From: the human T2T-CHM13v2.0 reference genome, Homo sapiens
Length of the DNA stretch: 64,000 nt
Direction: 5' to 3' (one strand)
NCBI RefSeq assembly: GCF_009914755.1
Contig: NC_060926.1
Both the position numbers and the translations under genes were made by a program. The notes beneath the pieces were generated by a model that was not told the DNA's origin, ran no database searches, and saw nothing but the letters and a program-made list of their open reading frames with translations. This document shows, piece after piece, positions 42,576 to 60,090 of this stretch (the first letter of the stretch is position 1; every line of letters begins with the position of its first letter).

Positions 42576-43229
42576 ATCTCCCTTGATATACTTACACCCC
42601 CACATGAAAATGTGCCAGCAACTCTGTCACACTCTTACCAATTCCTGTACTCTCCATTTCTATCACCGTAGCATTTGCCACCTTCCAAAATCTACTATAG
42701 GCATCCTGGAGTCAAAGGTCAACAAGCCTCTCTCAATTCTTCCCCTGCTTTATCCTATTGATGTGGATCTAGCAGATGGTAACAAATAATCTGAGTGTCC
42801 TTTTGGGTCATTTCATTTTAGTGCTATACATTTAGAATGTATGAGGCTCAAGACTTAATATAGGAAAGTGTACCCAATATGTCCAAAATTCTAGCCATAT
42901 GCTTGATGGGTAAGCAGAGTTTACTCAGGTGTATCTGAGTTTTATTTTATGAGTTTTAAAAATCCAAGAATGTGCTCCTTCAGAGATGCCAACATTTTTA
43001 ATATTTATTCATATCTTCAACTTATACATACAACTTTGTAAACCACATTGTTCATTGAATTTTTTCTCTATTCTCCTTATTCCTCTTTGACTAAATTTAA
43101 AATCATTTTGAAAGGTACTTTTTGTTACCGTTCACCCAGTTTGTGAAACATTTTTTTAAGACAAACGATTCTTTGAGTTGATTTTATGTGCAGAAGTATT
43201 GTAATATTTTTAATAAAACAAACCTCTGT

Positions 43230-43271
43230 ATAGCAAAATCATCCTATATTATAGCAAAATCATCCTATATT
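43230..43271. repeat. Perfect 21-bp tandem duplication
   Basis: atagcaaaatcatcctatatt twice. Confidence 0.95.
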
Positions 43272-43405
43272 TAAGCAAAAAATTAGCTGTCTACCTTTTC
43301 CCTGAAACATATGACTTACTGGGTACTTTCTTTGTTTTTAAAATCTATTGATTAATTACTTGACTCAAGAGATGCTTCTCTGGATCCATTCACAATACCT
43401 TAGTT

Positions 43406-43418
43406 GTTGCTTAGCAAC
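43406..43418. promoter_or_regulatory. RFX X-box-like palindrome
   Basis: GTTGCTTAGCAAC in non-repetitive DNA; function not shown. Confidence 0.4.
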
Positions 43419-44904
43419 TAGTTTTCCCTTTTTCTTGGCTTTGCGAAGCTACACGTATGGAAGGAGAGGATGAAATTATGGAATGAGATTAAGTAAATGT
43501 CTTTAAGTTTCCTAGATATCAAGTGATAGCTAGAAAGTAATAATAAAATGACATGAATCTTTGAATCTTCTTTCCTAGGTGAACATGTCATAGATGGGAA
43601 CTACACATAAATAATAATAAAATCTTTCCTATAAGATAGATCTTAATTTTACTCTACTTATGTCTTTTATTCAGTTTTGTTTTATTTGTACTTCATAATA
43701 TACTTTACATTTTGCTTAGCGGTTTCTTAATAACAATCCAATAATTATAGTTAATAAAGTGCCTTTTGTAAATTGTCCTCACATTCAAAATAAAGAAAGA
43801 ATGGTGAAGGACACATTCAGATTTATCCTAGCATTCCAGTGAGGCATAAATGTCATTCATCACTTTTATGAAATGGAAAATTAGAACTGTTATTTGCAGA
43901 TCTGTGTCTTTTTCATTGTCAAAAACCTCTCAATATTCTGGTCAATTAGACAATAAGCTATGAGAAAAAAAATCTTAATTATTTGTATTAGTCCACTGAT
44001 CAGGACAGTTCCTTTCAAGGAGGAATATTTAATAGAAGTTTCTGGAAGCATAAGTGGATGAATGAAAAGCTGCAGAAAAGGGCTTAAGAATGGGTAAGCA
44101 AAAATACAAAAACAGTCATGTTCATTCAACAAGACTCAAATGAAGGAATTTCTAATCACTAATTTTATAATAACCTTAAACCTTACCCATAGTTCTCACT
44201 GTCGTTTGCCAACTTTCTAGAAGATCCAAAGCCAAAATGTCAAAAATAAGACATGATGATTTTCACAGACTCTCTTAATTCTAAAATAATTGATACTAAG
44301 AAGTTTATCACTCTAATAAAGAGATTCTCTAAAGTTTCAACAGACTGACTATAATATACAGAAATAAATGAACAACAATGGACAAAGAGGTTTGGATCAA
44401 TTTTATGAATAAGATAATATTAGAAACTAATATGATAGAAATGCATAGAGTCAGATGTTTTCTGTATAGTTAGAGAAAGTCACACACAAGCACACACACA
44501 CACACTGACATATGTGACTGAAACATGCCCAATAAAGTAGGAGGTCTATATCATGAAGCCTTTATTTTGAAAACATGACTATTATTCTTTAACAATACAA
44601 ATTAATAATATGCAAGAAGACTGACTTTGAATTTATCTGTTTTTGGTATTCTGAAAGCTTACCCAATAATTATCCACATAGGTATTGAGATTCTATGTAC
44701 CACGTAGTATGCTAAGCACTAAGATATCCAGGCAAAATATGTAGTTTAGACAACAATCGAATAACATGATAATATGAAAATAATTAATGAATATCTTATT
44801 ATAGCAACCTCTTTAGAGGCTAGCTCCAGGTAAAGCAGAATCATAACTAGAATCAAAGTCTTGATTTACTCCACAGTGCTTTCTTCTTCTTTCTGCTTAA
44901 TTGC

Positions 44905-44911
44905 TGTGTGT

Positions 44912-44952
<41 letters not shown>

Positions 44953-45015
44953 CTGTGTATATAAATGCTGTATATATATGTGTGTATGTATATATACATG
45001 TGTATATGTGTGTAT
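44905..45015. repeat. (TG)n/(TA)n microsatellite
   Basis: Directly visible. Confidence 0.95.
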
Positions 45016-45348
45016 CTATCATAGATCATTTATGTGCATATTAAGTGACTAGAGTTATTATATATGTATCTTATTAAGCAATAAAATTAAAATATATACA
45101 ATGAACACTTCTCTAAAGACTTACTTTCCTATTTATTTTTTAAGAATTTGGAAAAACTCTTGATTTCCCAGTGATAATAATGAAGTTTCTTTGTGAGAAT
45201 CAGAGGAATGTCTTTTTTTGGAACAATACAGGTTCTGAACTTCCAGAATAGAATCATATGGATTAGAATCTTACTTCCCTCATGTAATACCTCTGAGATA
45301 TTAAACAATTTACCTCTCCTTTCTGAAACGCTAATATGTGGTACAAGG

Positions 45349-45621
45349 CAGTAGCTTTCAGACCTTGAAATGATCCACAGTAATATATAGATTTTACATT
45401 AAGATTTAGCACACACGCACGTGCATGCATACACATACACCCCCTCCACACACACACAGAACAAAAAGCTTTTGGAGACTATATTTACCTTTCTATATGT
45501 GAGGCACTCTACTAACTTCTATTTTACTTTGTCTATTTTATAAAAAAAAAATCCTTGGCTCCATTCTACCAAATTAATTTCTAGATTTACCATTGGGTTG
45601 CAAACTAGTTTGAAAATGTTG
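45349..45621 (+). mobile_element. MER103C-like hAT-Charlie MITE
   Basis: cagtagctttcagac...atccacagtaa...internal (CA)n...tgggttgcaaactagtttgaaaatgttg, with degenerate terminal inverted repeats. Confidence 0.65.
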
Positions 45622-46580
45622 AAGTGTGGAGTTAGGAAGTCATCATCCTATAATTTGAGATATTTGTGTATGAGGCATGAGAGCATCTCATCCTGCATTA
45701 GCATCTACATGAAATTGTTCAATATTCCACATATACTCTGCTGAATTGATTAAGGACTCAGTGCATTAGATAAAATAAGAAACAAAAAAATTACCAACCT
45801 ATTGCTTTGTTCTTAATGGTAACTGTTTGATGACTAAGTGGTAGCATGCCACCATTTCCTGCTTTTCTGGGAATTTTAAGAGATTACCAGAAATTAGTTC
45901 TTTAAAAATCATAAGTGATATAAACATTACTCTATATTTTATGAAATTATAGCTTTTGGGTGTTACTGTTTAGCTATATAAAGCATAGTACATCTTTTTC
46001 TGTGATATTACAAGTTTTTTTTTCTCTGATAGCCTACAGAAAATAAATATTTTTCTTTGTCATTCCTATGCACGTGAAGATGAAGTAAGGTTTGCATGCT
46101 TGAAATGAGGAATTCCATTTTGTAGAGTTATATATTCTTAATGCCTTTTCTGCCTTTAGATTTATTTCAGGCAAGAACCCTGAAACACACGGTAGGAACA
46201 AAAGATAGAAAGAAGAGTCTTGGGGGGTGGAGCCAAGATGGCCGAATAGGAACAGCTCTGGTCTACAGCTCCCAGCATGAGCGACACAAAAGACAGGTGA
46301 TTTCTGCATTTCCATCTGAGGTACTGGGTTCATCTCACTAGGGAGTGCCAGACAGTGGGTGCAGGACAGTGGGTGCAGAGCACCATGTGTGAGCCGAAGC
46401 AGGGCAAGGCATTGCCTCACTCAGGAAGCGGGGTCAGGGAGTTCCCTTTCCTAGTCAAAGAAAGGGGTGACAGACAGCACCTGGAAAATTGGGTCACTTC
46501 CACCCTAATACTGCACTTTTCCAACGGGCTTAAAAAACGGCACACCAGGAGATTATATCCCGCACATGGCTGGGAGGGTC

Positions 46581-46670
46581 CTATGCCCACGAAGTCTCCT
46601 GATCGCTAGCACAGCAGTCTGAGATCAAACTGCAAGGTGGCAGCCAGGCTGGGGGAGGGGCGCCTGCCAT
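46581..46670 (-). pseudogene. ORF0: L1 antisense ORF0, truncated to 29 aa
   Basis: ATG at 46670 gives MAGAPPPAWLPPCSLISDCCASDQETSWA*; a 1-nt deletion shifts the frame relative to the recalled ~71-aa ORF0. Confidence 0.7.
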
Positions 46671-47265
46671 TGCCCAGGCTTGCTTAGGTAAACAAAGCAG
46701 CCAGGAAGCTGGAACTGGGTGGAGCCCACCACAGCTCAAGGAGGCCTGCCTGCTCCTGTAGGCTCCACCTCTGGGGGCAGGGTACAGACAAACAAAAAGA
46801 CAGCAGTAACCTCTGCAGACTTAAACGTCCCTGTCTGACAGCTTTGAAGAGAGTAGTGGTTCTCCCAGCATGCAGCTGAAGATCTGAGAATGGGCAGACT
46901 GCCTCCTCAAGTGGGTCCCTGACCCCTGAGCAGCCTAACTGGGAGGCACCCCCCAGTAGGAGCAGACTGATAACTCACACGGCCGGGTACTCCTCTGAGA
47001 CAAAACTTCCAGAGGAACGATCAGGCAGCAGCATTTGCAGTTCACGAAAATCCACTGTTTTACTGCCACCGCTGTTCTGCAGCCACTGATGCTGATACCC
47101 AGGCAAACAGCGTCTGGAGTGGACCTCTAGCAAACTCCAACAGACCTGCAGCTGAGGGTCCTGTCTGTTAGAAGGAAAACTAACAAACAGAAAGGACATC
47201 CACACCAAAAACCCATCTGTACATCACACCATCACCAAAGACCAAAACTAGATAAAACCACAAAG

Positions 47266-48280
47266 ATGGGGAAAAAACAGAGCAGAAAAACTGGAAATTC
47301 TAAAAAGCAGAGCACCTCTCCTCCTCCAAAGGAAGGCAGTTCCTCATGAGCAATGGAACAAAGCTGGACGGAGAATGACTTTGACGAGGTGAGAGAAGAA
47401 GGCTTCAGACAATCAAACTACTCCAAGCTACAGGAGGAAATTCAAACCAACAGCAAAGAAATTAAAAACTTTGAAAAAAAATTAGATGAATGTATAACTA
47501 GAATAACCAATGCAGAGAAGTGCTTAAAGGAGCTGATGGAGCTGAAAGCCAAGGCTCGAGAACTACGTAAACAATACAGAAGCCTCAGGAGCCGATGTGA
47601 TCAACTGGAAGAAAGGGTGTCAGTGATGGAAGATGAAATGAATGAAATGAAGCGAAAAGGAAAGTTTAGAAAAAAAAGAATAAAAAGAAATGAACAAAGT
47701 CTCCAAGAAATATGGGACTATGTGAAAAGACCAAATCTACATCTGATTGGTGTACCTGAAAGTGACAGAGAGAATGGAACCAAGTTGGAAAACACTCTGC
47801 AGGATATTATCTAGGAGAACTTCCCTAATCTAGCAAGACAGGCCAACATTCAGATTCAGGAAATACAGAGAATGCCACAAAGATACTCCTCGAGAAGAGC
47901 AACTCCAAGACACATAATTGTCAGATTCACCAAAGTTGAAATGAAGGAAAAAATGTTAAGGGCAGCCAGAGAGAAAGGTTGGGTTACCGACAAGGGAAGC
48001 CCATCAGACTAACAGCTGATCTCTCAGCAGAAACTCTACAAGCCCGAAGAGAGTGGGGGCCAATATTCAACATTCTTAAAGAAAAGAATTTTCAACCCAA
48101 AATTTCATATCCAGCCAAACTAAGCTTCATAAGTGAAGGAGAAATAAAATCCTTTACAGACAAGCAAATGCTGAGAGATTTTGTCACCATCAGGCCTGCC
48201 CTAAAAGAGCTCCTGAAGGAAGCACTAAACATGGAAAGGAACAACTGGTACCAGCCACTGCAAAAACATGCCAACTGTAA
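47266..48280 (+). pseudogene. ORF1: L1 ORF1p (RNA-binding), disrupted
   Basis: MGKKQSRK start at 47266; in-frame TGA at 47347, TAG at 47812 and a frameshift near 47990. Confidence 0.92.
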
Positions 48281-48328
48281 AGACCATTGAGGCTAGCAAG
48301 AAACTGCATCAACTAATGAGCAAAATAA

Positions 48329-52169
<3,841 letters not shown>

Positions 52170-52490
52170 ACAATGAGAACACATGGACATAGGAAGGGGA
52201 ACATCACACTCCGGGGACTGTTGTGGGGTGGGGGCAGTGGGGAGGGATAGCATTAGGAGATATACCTAATGCTAAATGATGAGTTAATGGGTGCAGGACA
52301 CCAACATGGCACATGTGTACATCTGTAACAAACCTGCAGATTGTGCACCTGTACCCTAAAACTTAAAGTATAATAATAATAAAATAAAAATAAAATAAAT
52401 AAATAAAATGCTAAAATTAAAGAAAAAAAAAGATAAGTCTTATACCTACAACCCATTTCTCTACTTCTGATGTATCTGGACTGTGGCTTA

Positions 52491-52742
<252 letters not shown>

Positions 52743-55586
52743 TTAATTATTATTTTTTTAAAGACCATGGATGTGTCTATATTATATGTTTGGATTAAGA
52801 AAACAAATCAAGAGCCATAGAAATTGAAATAATATAAAAAATTCAAAGAAAAGTATCACGTCTACTCCCAGTTTCCTGGAAGAAAAGATCACATTAGCAA
52901 TGCAAGGTGCGAACTCCTACCTATGTGTCAGGAGCATGGCATACTATGGTTTCCTTGCAACTTCTTCAACTATGTTTCCCCAGCAGCATAGCATTTGCTC
53001 CCCGTGGATGAAAACTGACTACAAGGGTATTTCTAAAAGTTGGAACAAAGGGGCCATACTACCTAGTCTAGGTGTGCCCAGAGTTCAGACTTTGAAAATC
53101 TATTCCCAAGGCCTACCATCATCTGATTGCACAGAGAATAGAGACTGGTGAGCGAGGCCAACTCACAGACCACAGAAGCTGGCCAAGAGGATGGCCCATA
53201 GGTAAATCTCATTTTTAAAACGCTACCATGGGGAACGAAACTGACAGACGTGTGAATCATGCTCCTCCCACAAAGATCACTTCTTTGGTTGTCCAGTGCT
53301 GACACCTGCCTTAGATACCTCCACCTTCCAAACTCTTTCTCCTCCGTTTTTATCTCTTTTCATTGTATGCTTAGTGAATACTTATTTTTTTAATCCTCTT
53401 AAAAACAAAACAGAAACAGAAAGAGAAAGGTAGGCAAGCAGGGATAGGGAAGGGCATGGAGAATCTCAGGAGCTCTTAATTGCACATTTCCAAGTTCTAA
53501 AAGCTTTTCTGAATCAAAAGATAATTGTCTAGGCTTAAGGTTAAACACATATAATCATAGTTTCTTTGGGGAGTCACCATATCTGATGAACAGAAAGGAT
53601 GATATAACCACAAGCTGGTGGAATTCATAGTCGAGGTCCTTTGACAATGTAATGTGTGCAAAAATGTTGTTTATAAAAAAAACTTTACTGCAAAACTTTT
53701 TAGTTCATTAGACCAGAGTGACCAAATCACACACTGGCATACAAATGTTAAGGATGAATTAGCCTTTATTATTTTTGTTATTGTTATTGTTAAATTATTT
53801 CCACCAAAATTTAGGAGGTAGAGCCAATGATAAGGTAAGAAACTGCATTACTGATGTAAAAGGAGATGCAGTTTTTTTCTTCTTCAAAACCCCATTTAAT
53901 AAGCCTCCCCTCTGTCAGACTTTTCCTGACCATATAACCTTTAAGCAGAGCCACACTTACCTCTTCTGTATGCCTCTCAGATATCTAGAGTATCTTAAAC
54001 GCAAATGTTAGCTAAGTGAATGAGTAAATGAATAAAAAAAAGTTCCCAACCAAATGACATTTAACAAATCAGATATTCCTGTTAATTTGATTTTGTTGAA
54101 TATTATTAATACAAGCATTTTATTAAAGTACCCAGAGACAGAAAAAACTTGTATTTATATTTGAATTGAATCACCTATTATATCCTTTGTTTTGATAGCA
54201 TAAACCTGATATTAGTGCTAAACTTTATCATCAAATTTTTTGTAGATAACTTAGATTTTACAAAAGTATTAGGATGTAGCCATAAAAAAGAAAAGAAAAG
54301 AAAAAATGCCAATAGAAACTCTTAACTTGGAGTCTTACCTAAAACAATTAATGGTTTTCTCTAGGAAATCTCACAGTATTCACTACAATATATCCAAAGA
54401 TCCAGCACCCACTTTTCTTTCAGAAAAAAAAAATAGTAACTGCTCATGAGAATAATTGGACGTGACTAGAGTGGGGATTGAGAGTGTTCTAGGTGTTGTT
54501 AATAATTGCATTGCTGGGGTTTAGCTGTCTTTTCTCTTTTGAACATTTGTCAGAGGAAACAATACAAGTATACATGTAATACAAGACAAATTGTGGATTG
54601 GGTCCATGGTTATCTATAGAGAGACATGGCAGTCAACCAGAGATCATCTTCCCTAATGCCAAGACTTGACTCAAGCTCTCCGAGCAAGAATGGAAAGAAG
54701 TCCTGAGCAAGAGCTTATGGCATTGTTTTCCCAGGGTTCAGAACAAATAATTGCTAATGTGTTCTTCCTTACTCTTTAGCTTATTTGAGAGATTACCATG
54801 AGCTAAATATAAAGTGCATTATTAAAGATGAGTCTGAGGAAATGACTTTCATCATTAAATATATCATGATTGTATGCAAACAGCTTAAAAATGAAAAAAA
54901 TAAGCTATCATGATGAAAAGAGAGAGATCGATGGCCCTTTTGGAAGAATAAATGAGTTTATTACTAGAGAAAGCTGACATGGGAAAATTAACTGTCTTGG
55001 TAATTCTGTCAAAATATATCTTTAAATCCCAATGTTTATCAGTATCAAATAATGCAAATGTTAAAGACTGTGTCTTTGTGGCTTATTTCAGGTTTATTTC
55101 TAAGATGTTTTTATTGTAAAGAATATTGTGAACCTGCCTTGGGACCATTTACAGAGATGTCATGGAATCACAGTGTGGGCCTTTGGACTATGTGGCTTCT
55201 AGCTTTTCAGTGCCTTTTGTACAATATGCTCACACATTGATTTGCATGACTATATTAAACTATATTAATTTGCACGACTACGTTAAACTCTATAATTGCT
55301 GTTACATTCTCAAATAACTTATAATTATTCCAATACTGATTATTTCATTTGTGGGCAACTCCTCTGTTTTCCTTTTTTTTTTCTTTTACTGTATCTTATG
55401 CCACTTCCTCAACAACATCTGAAACATGAATAAGAACGATTCTGAAACATAAATGATGCATTATTCTTACACTTCTTTGCATCTAGTTCTACTTTCATGA
55501 TTTTTCTGAAATAAATCTCTGAAAATACTCACTAATGAGAAAATGTAACTGATTCCTTTCACTCTCCATACTTATCCTTTCTGTAG

Positions 55587-56082
<496 letters not shown>

Positions 56083-56238
56083 TATATTTTCTTTTTCTAT
56101 AGTCACTCAGTTGGTTGCCACATCTTTCAATTTTCTACAGTATAAAGGTGACTCTGAAGTTCACTATAAATGCCTCAGTTTTCTCTTACATTTTGAGAAA
56201 ATAATTTTAAAATCTACATGTCAAAAAATTTAGGTTTT

Positions 56239-56558
<320 letters not shown>

Positions 56559-56566
56559 TCATCCAC

Positions 56567-56987
56567 AGTCTTAGTATGCTTGGGCTGATATGACAAAAGA
56601 CCTTAGACTGAGTCATTTATAAACAACAGAAATTTACTGCTTATAGTTTTGGAGGCTGGGAAGTCCAAGACCTTAGACTGAGTAATTTATAAACAACAGA
56701 AATTTACTGCTCATAGTTCTGGAGGCTGGGAAGTCCAAGATCAAGATGCCAGCAGATTAGGTGTCTGGTGAGGGCCTGTTCCTCATAAATGTCACCTTCT
56801 ATGTGTTCTCATGTGGCATAAGGAACAAACAAGCTCCCTCAGACCTCTTTTATAAAGTCACTAATCCTGTTCACCACTCTCTAACCTCATGTCTAGTTAT
56901 TTCCCAAAGGCCCTACCTCTTAATACCAACACATTGGAGATTTTAATGTATGAATTTTAGAGGAACATGAACATTCAGACCATAGCA
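56567..56987 (-). mobile_element. MLT1A-like MaLR solo LTR with a 70-bp internal duplication
   Basis: gtcttagt...aacattcagaccatagca; TSD tccac/tccat. Confidence 0.85.
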
Positions 56988-57194
56988 TCCATCCATTTCC
57001 AAGCCAACTTCTTTCTTTGTCCAAATGTTATCATTTACTGTATCTCCCATATTCAAAATTTGGGGTCAATGTTGACTTTACCTTTTAGCTTGCATGTAAG
57101 ATTCAGTCACTTGCCAGGTCTTACTGAATTTATAAACTAATTCATATTAGTGCTAAACACTTACTGTATATGACAGATTATATTTAGCACTTTG

Positions 57195-57305
57195 TATTAT
57201 GTTATATATAATAATAAATATATGTGTGTGTGTGTTTGTGTATATATATATGTGTGCGTGTGTGTGTGTGTATATATATATATATATTTATTTATATATA
57301 TATAT
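57195..57305. repeat. (TA)n/(TG)n compound microsatellite at the AluJ tail
   Basis: Directly visible. Confidence 0.93.
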
Positions 57306-57588
57306 ATTTAGAGGTGGAGTCTCACTTTGTTGCCCAGGCTGTGTGCAATGGTGCAATCATAGCTTACTGCAGCCTCAAACTCCTGGGTTCATGTAATCTT
57401 TTCACCTCAGCCTCCCAAGTAGCTGGTACTACAGGCATGTGCCACCACACCTGGCTATTTAAAAAAAATTGTAGCAATGGGGTCTCACTATTCTGCTCAA
57501 GCTAGTCTCAAACTCCTGTGCTCAGTGATCCTCCTGTGCTGGCCTCCCATATTGCTGGGATTACAGGTGTGAGCCACCATGTCCAGCC
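57306..57588 (-). mobile_element. AluJ-type SINE inserted in a MIR (~57140-57790)
   Basis: atcatagcttactgcagcctcaaactcctggg is AluJ-like. Confidence 0.9.
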
Positions 57589-57792
57589 CATATATTATTT
57601 TTATACTCAAAATATAACAGTGAGTGGGTTACTACTGTCCACATTAGGAAAATATTGAAATAAGGGTCTAGTATGTATTAGTAACTTACCTAAGCAAGTC
57701 AGAAACTGGAAAGAGCCTGAGATTTAAACCCATTGTTTTTCTTTTTTAACTACAAGATCTGGTGCTCATTCCACCAAACTGTATCACTTTTG

Positions 57793-57830
57793 TTACATCC
57801 ATCTACTTCTTTTACATCTATCTACTTCTT
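57793..57830. repeat. 19-bp tandem duplication (1 mismatch)
   Basis: ttacatccatctacttctt / ttacatctatctacttctt. Confidence 0.9.
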
Positions 57831-57989
57831 TTAAATCTTAATTCCAGATAATAGTACACCTCCCCTTGCCTGTACTCTGACTCTAATTCCATGATGCTCC
57901 AAATTTTCCTAAATTTCATCTTTATCATATGACTCTTCAATAAATTTTTTTCCCAACTGTTTGCAAATTATATAGAAACCCATTAAGTT

Positions 57990-58098
57990 CATCAGGTAGA
58001 GGTTTTTGCTATAGTCAGCAGATGCTGACTTGGTATAAGCTAAGCAAAACAAAATAAAAAAACAAAGCAAAACTACACACACACACACACACCCGCCC

Positions 58099-58134
<36 letters not shown>

Positions 58135-58490
58135 TTATTGGCGGGATATTTAGGAGCTCACTAAAGTAAAAGAGAAACAGGGCCTTGGGAAGGAGGAGAA
58201 AGGAGAAAGTGGACAACTTCTAGTAGAGGACTCGTGAAACTTGCATGATGATGCTATAAATGACTGACTCAACTCCAACAGCCATTTGATGCGTGCACTT
58301 CCTTGATCAAGACTCAAATTCTTAGGTGACAAAGTGATTGGCCTAGTTTGGGTTGCATGTCCACCTCTTGGCAGAGTGTAGGGGAGAGGAAAAGGACTAC
58401 ATTGATGGTAATTCTAACTGGATCATATGGTAAGAAAACTACTGTTCACCTATGGACTGGAGAAGAGGCACCCATAGACATAAATGACAG
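57990..58490 (-). mobile_element. Old MaLR LTR (MLT1K/L-like) containing a (CA)n repeat
   Basis: aatttattggcgggatatttaggagctcac...gtgattggcctagtttgggttgcatgtccacc. Confidence 0.5.
58075..58132. repeat. (CA)n microsatellite with GC-rich interruption
   Basis: (CA)n cccgccccgcg (CA)n. Confidence 0.95.
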
Positions 58491-59649
58491 GTGTTCATAT
58501 GCAAGTGCTCCAGTGCAGCTGCAAGAATTATCATGCTGCAGGCAGTTGGTGATAATACCTTCTTCAGTATTATCACCAAGTACCTCTTCCTATTTGTTCA
58601 ACACAGGAATTTTCTCCATTTTCCACACATGTTGTAAGTAAGCCTTTCAGGCCACTGCTCCCTTTAGAATTTTTGCTTCTCTTGTGTTTTTATCTAACAA
58701 AAGTCTTCATATCTATATAGGCCCTGCCCAAATATTACTTTGTTATTACAATTTTAAGATTTCTATAGACAGGTAATTGATCTCTCTTTTCCTTTCCCTT
58801 AGCATGTCCTTTTCGCAAAGTGTCCCTTTACTTTCAAAATCTGCCTTGTCTCTTTTCGGCTGAAATGTGAATGCTTTGATCACATGTGCCATGACTTATT
58901 CATCTCAGCATCACCGCTAAAGTTGAACACAAGTTTCTGTAAGTTGTAGTGATTAAAAAATATAGGCATAATAATCTTTCTTGTGGCAATTCTCTTACTG
59001 TTGGTTCAAAGTGCTGGATTTAATCTACAAGGTGGCAATGTCATTTATCTCCAAACTGTAATATCCTTGATGGGAAATTGCACATAGTATTTATCATTAT
59101 TGACTATTACATAGTAGGTCATGAATAAATGTGTTGATTCATTCCTTGATTTAATATTTTTAACAGTAATGTAACAGAAGGAAAAAGATAAAGTTACTAA
59201 AAGGAGAAGGAAGGAGGACATAAGCTAAAATTGGCTAGAGATTTTACACAGAACACAGCTATGAGGTGGGCATTATCATTCTTAGTTTACTCATGAGAAA
59301 ATTGAGGTTTATATGGTGTTAATTTCTTACAGGTAATAAAATTTATATCCTAGATTTGTCAAGTACTAAAGACTGCTCTTTATCCTAATTGAGAAGTTTA
59401 TAAATCTAAAGTAATGCATATACATGATTTTTTAAAAATCCAATAATCCAATGGGTTTTATAATAAAAATGAGCCATACTTTGCCCTAACCTTTCATATT
59501 CCTGAGGCAGCCACTCTTAATCATTTCTCTTTGGAGTTACTCTGGTGATTAGCTCAATTTTTCTAGGTGATATGTATGTGTTGCTCTCTGTTGACTGATT
59601 ATAAGCAGTAGATGGCCATTCTTATAAGCCATAAGTAGCCATTCCTCTT

Positions 59650-60090
59650 CGAACAAGGAATGAAAAAAACGCTAAGAATAAATTATAGAATACTGTAACA
59701 AATCGACAAGATAAATCTGTGTCGCATATAACCCAGTAGGACAAAAATTCTTAGAAGAGGAAATACAGTTGTCCAATCAACATAGGAAACTATTCTAAGC
59801 ACAACGACTAATCAAGAAACTGTGAAATCTATCAGTGAAATCTCATTTTCAACCAGGAGACTGGAAAATATAAAACCTTAATAATATCGGAATGCAGGAA
59901 AATGAACACTCACATGCAGTTTTGTAAGGAGTGGAAATTAGCAAATGCACATTGGAGGGCAATTTGTGCCCAGCCTACTATCCAGTGTTCCACCGCATTG
60001 TATTCTAAAGATAGGAACTGGTGCATGTGATCACAGACTTGAGTTTGAGGCTATTTACTGCAACAATGTTTGCACTAGGGAAAACTGGAA
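59650..60090 (+). mobile_element. Old L1ME-like ORF2 3' relic
   Basis: agaagaggaaatacagttgtccaatcaacata...ttggagggcaatttg. Confidence 0.55.

Noticed and set aside
53222-53236. Second X-box-like motif gctaccatggggaac with nearby donor-like sites
   Set aside because: Several mismatches to the RFX consensus and no other support.
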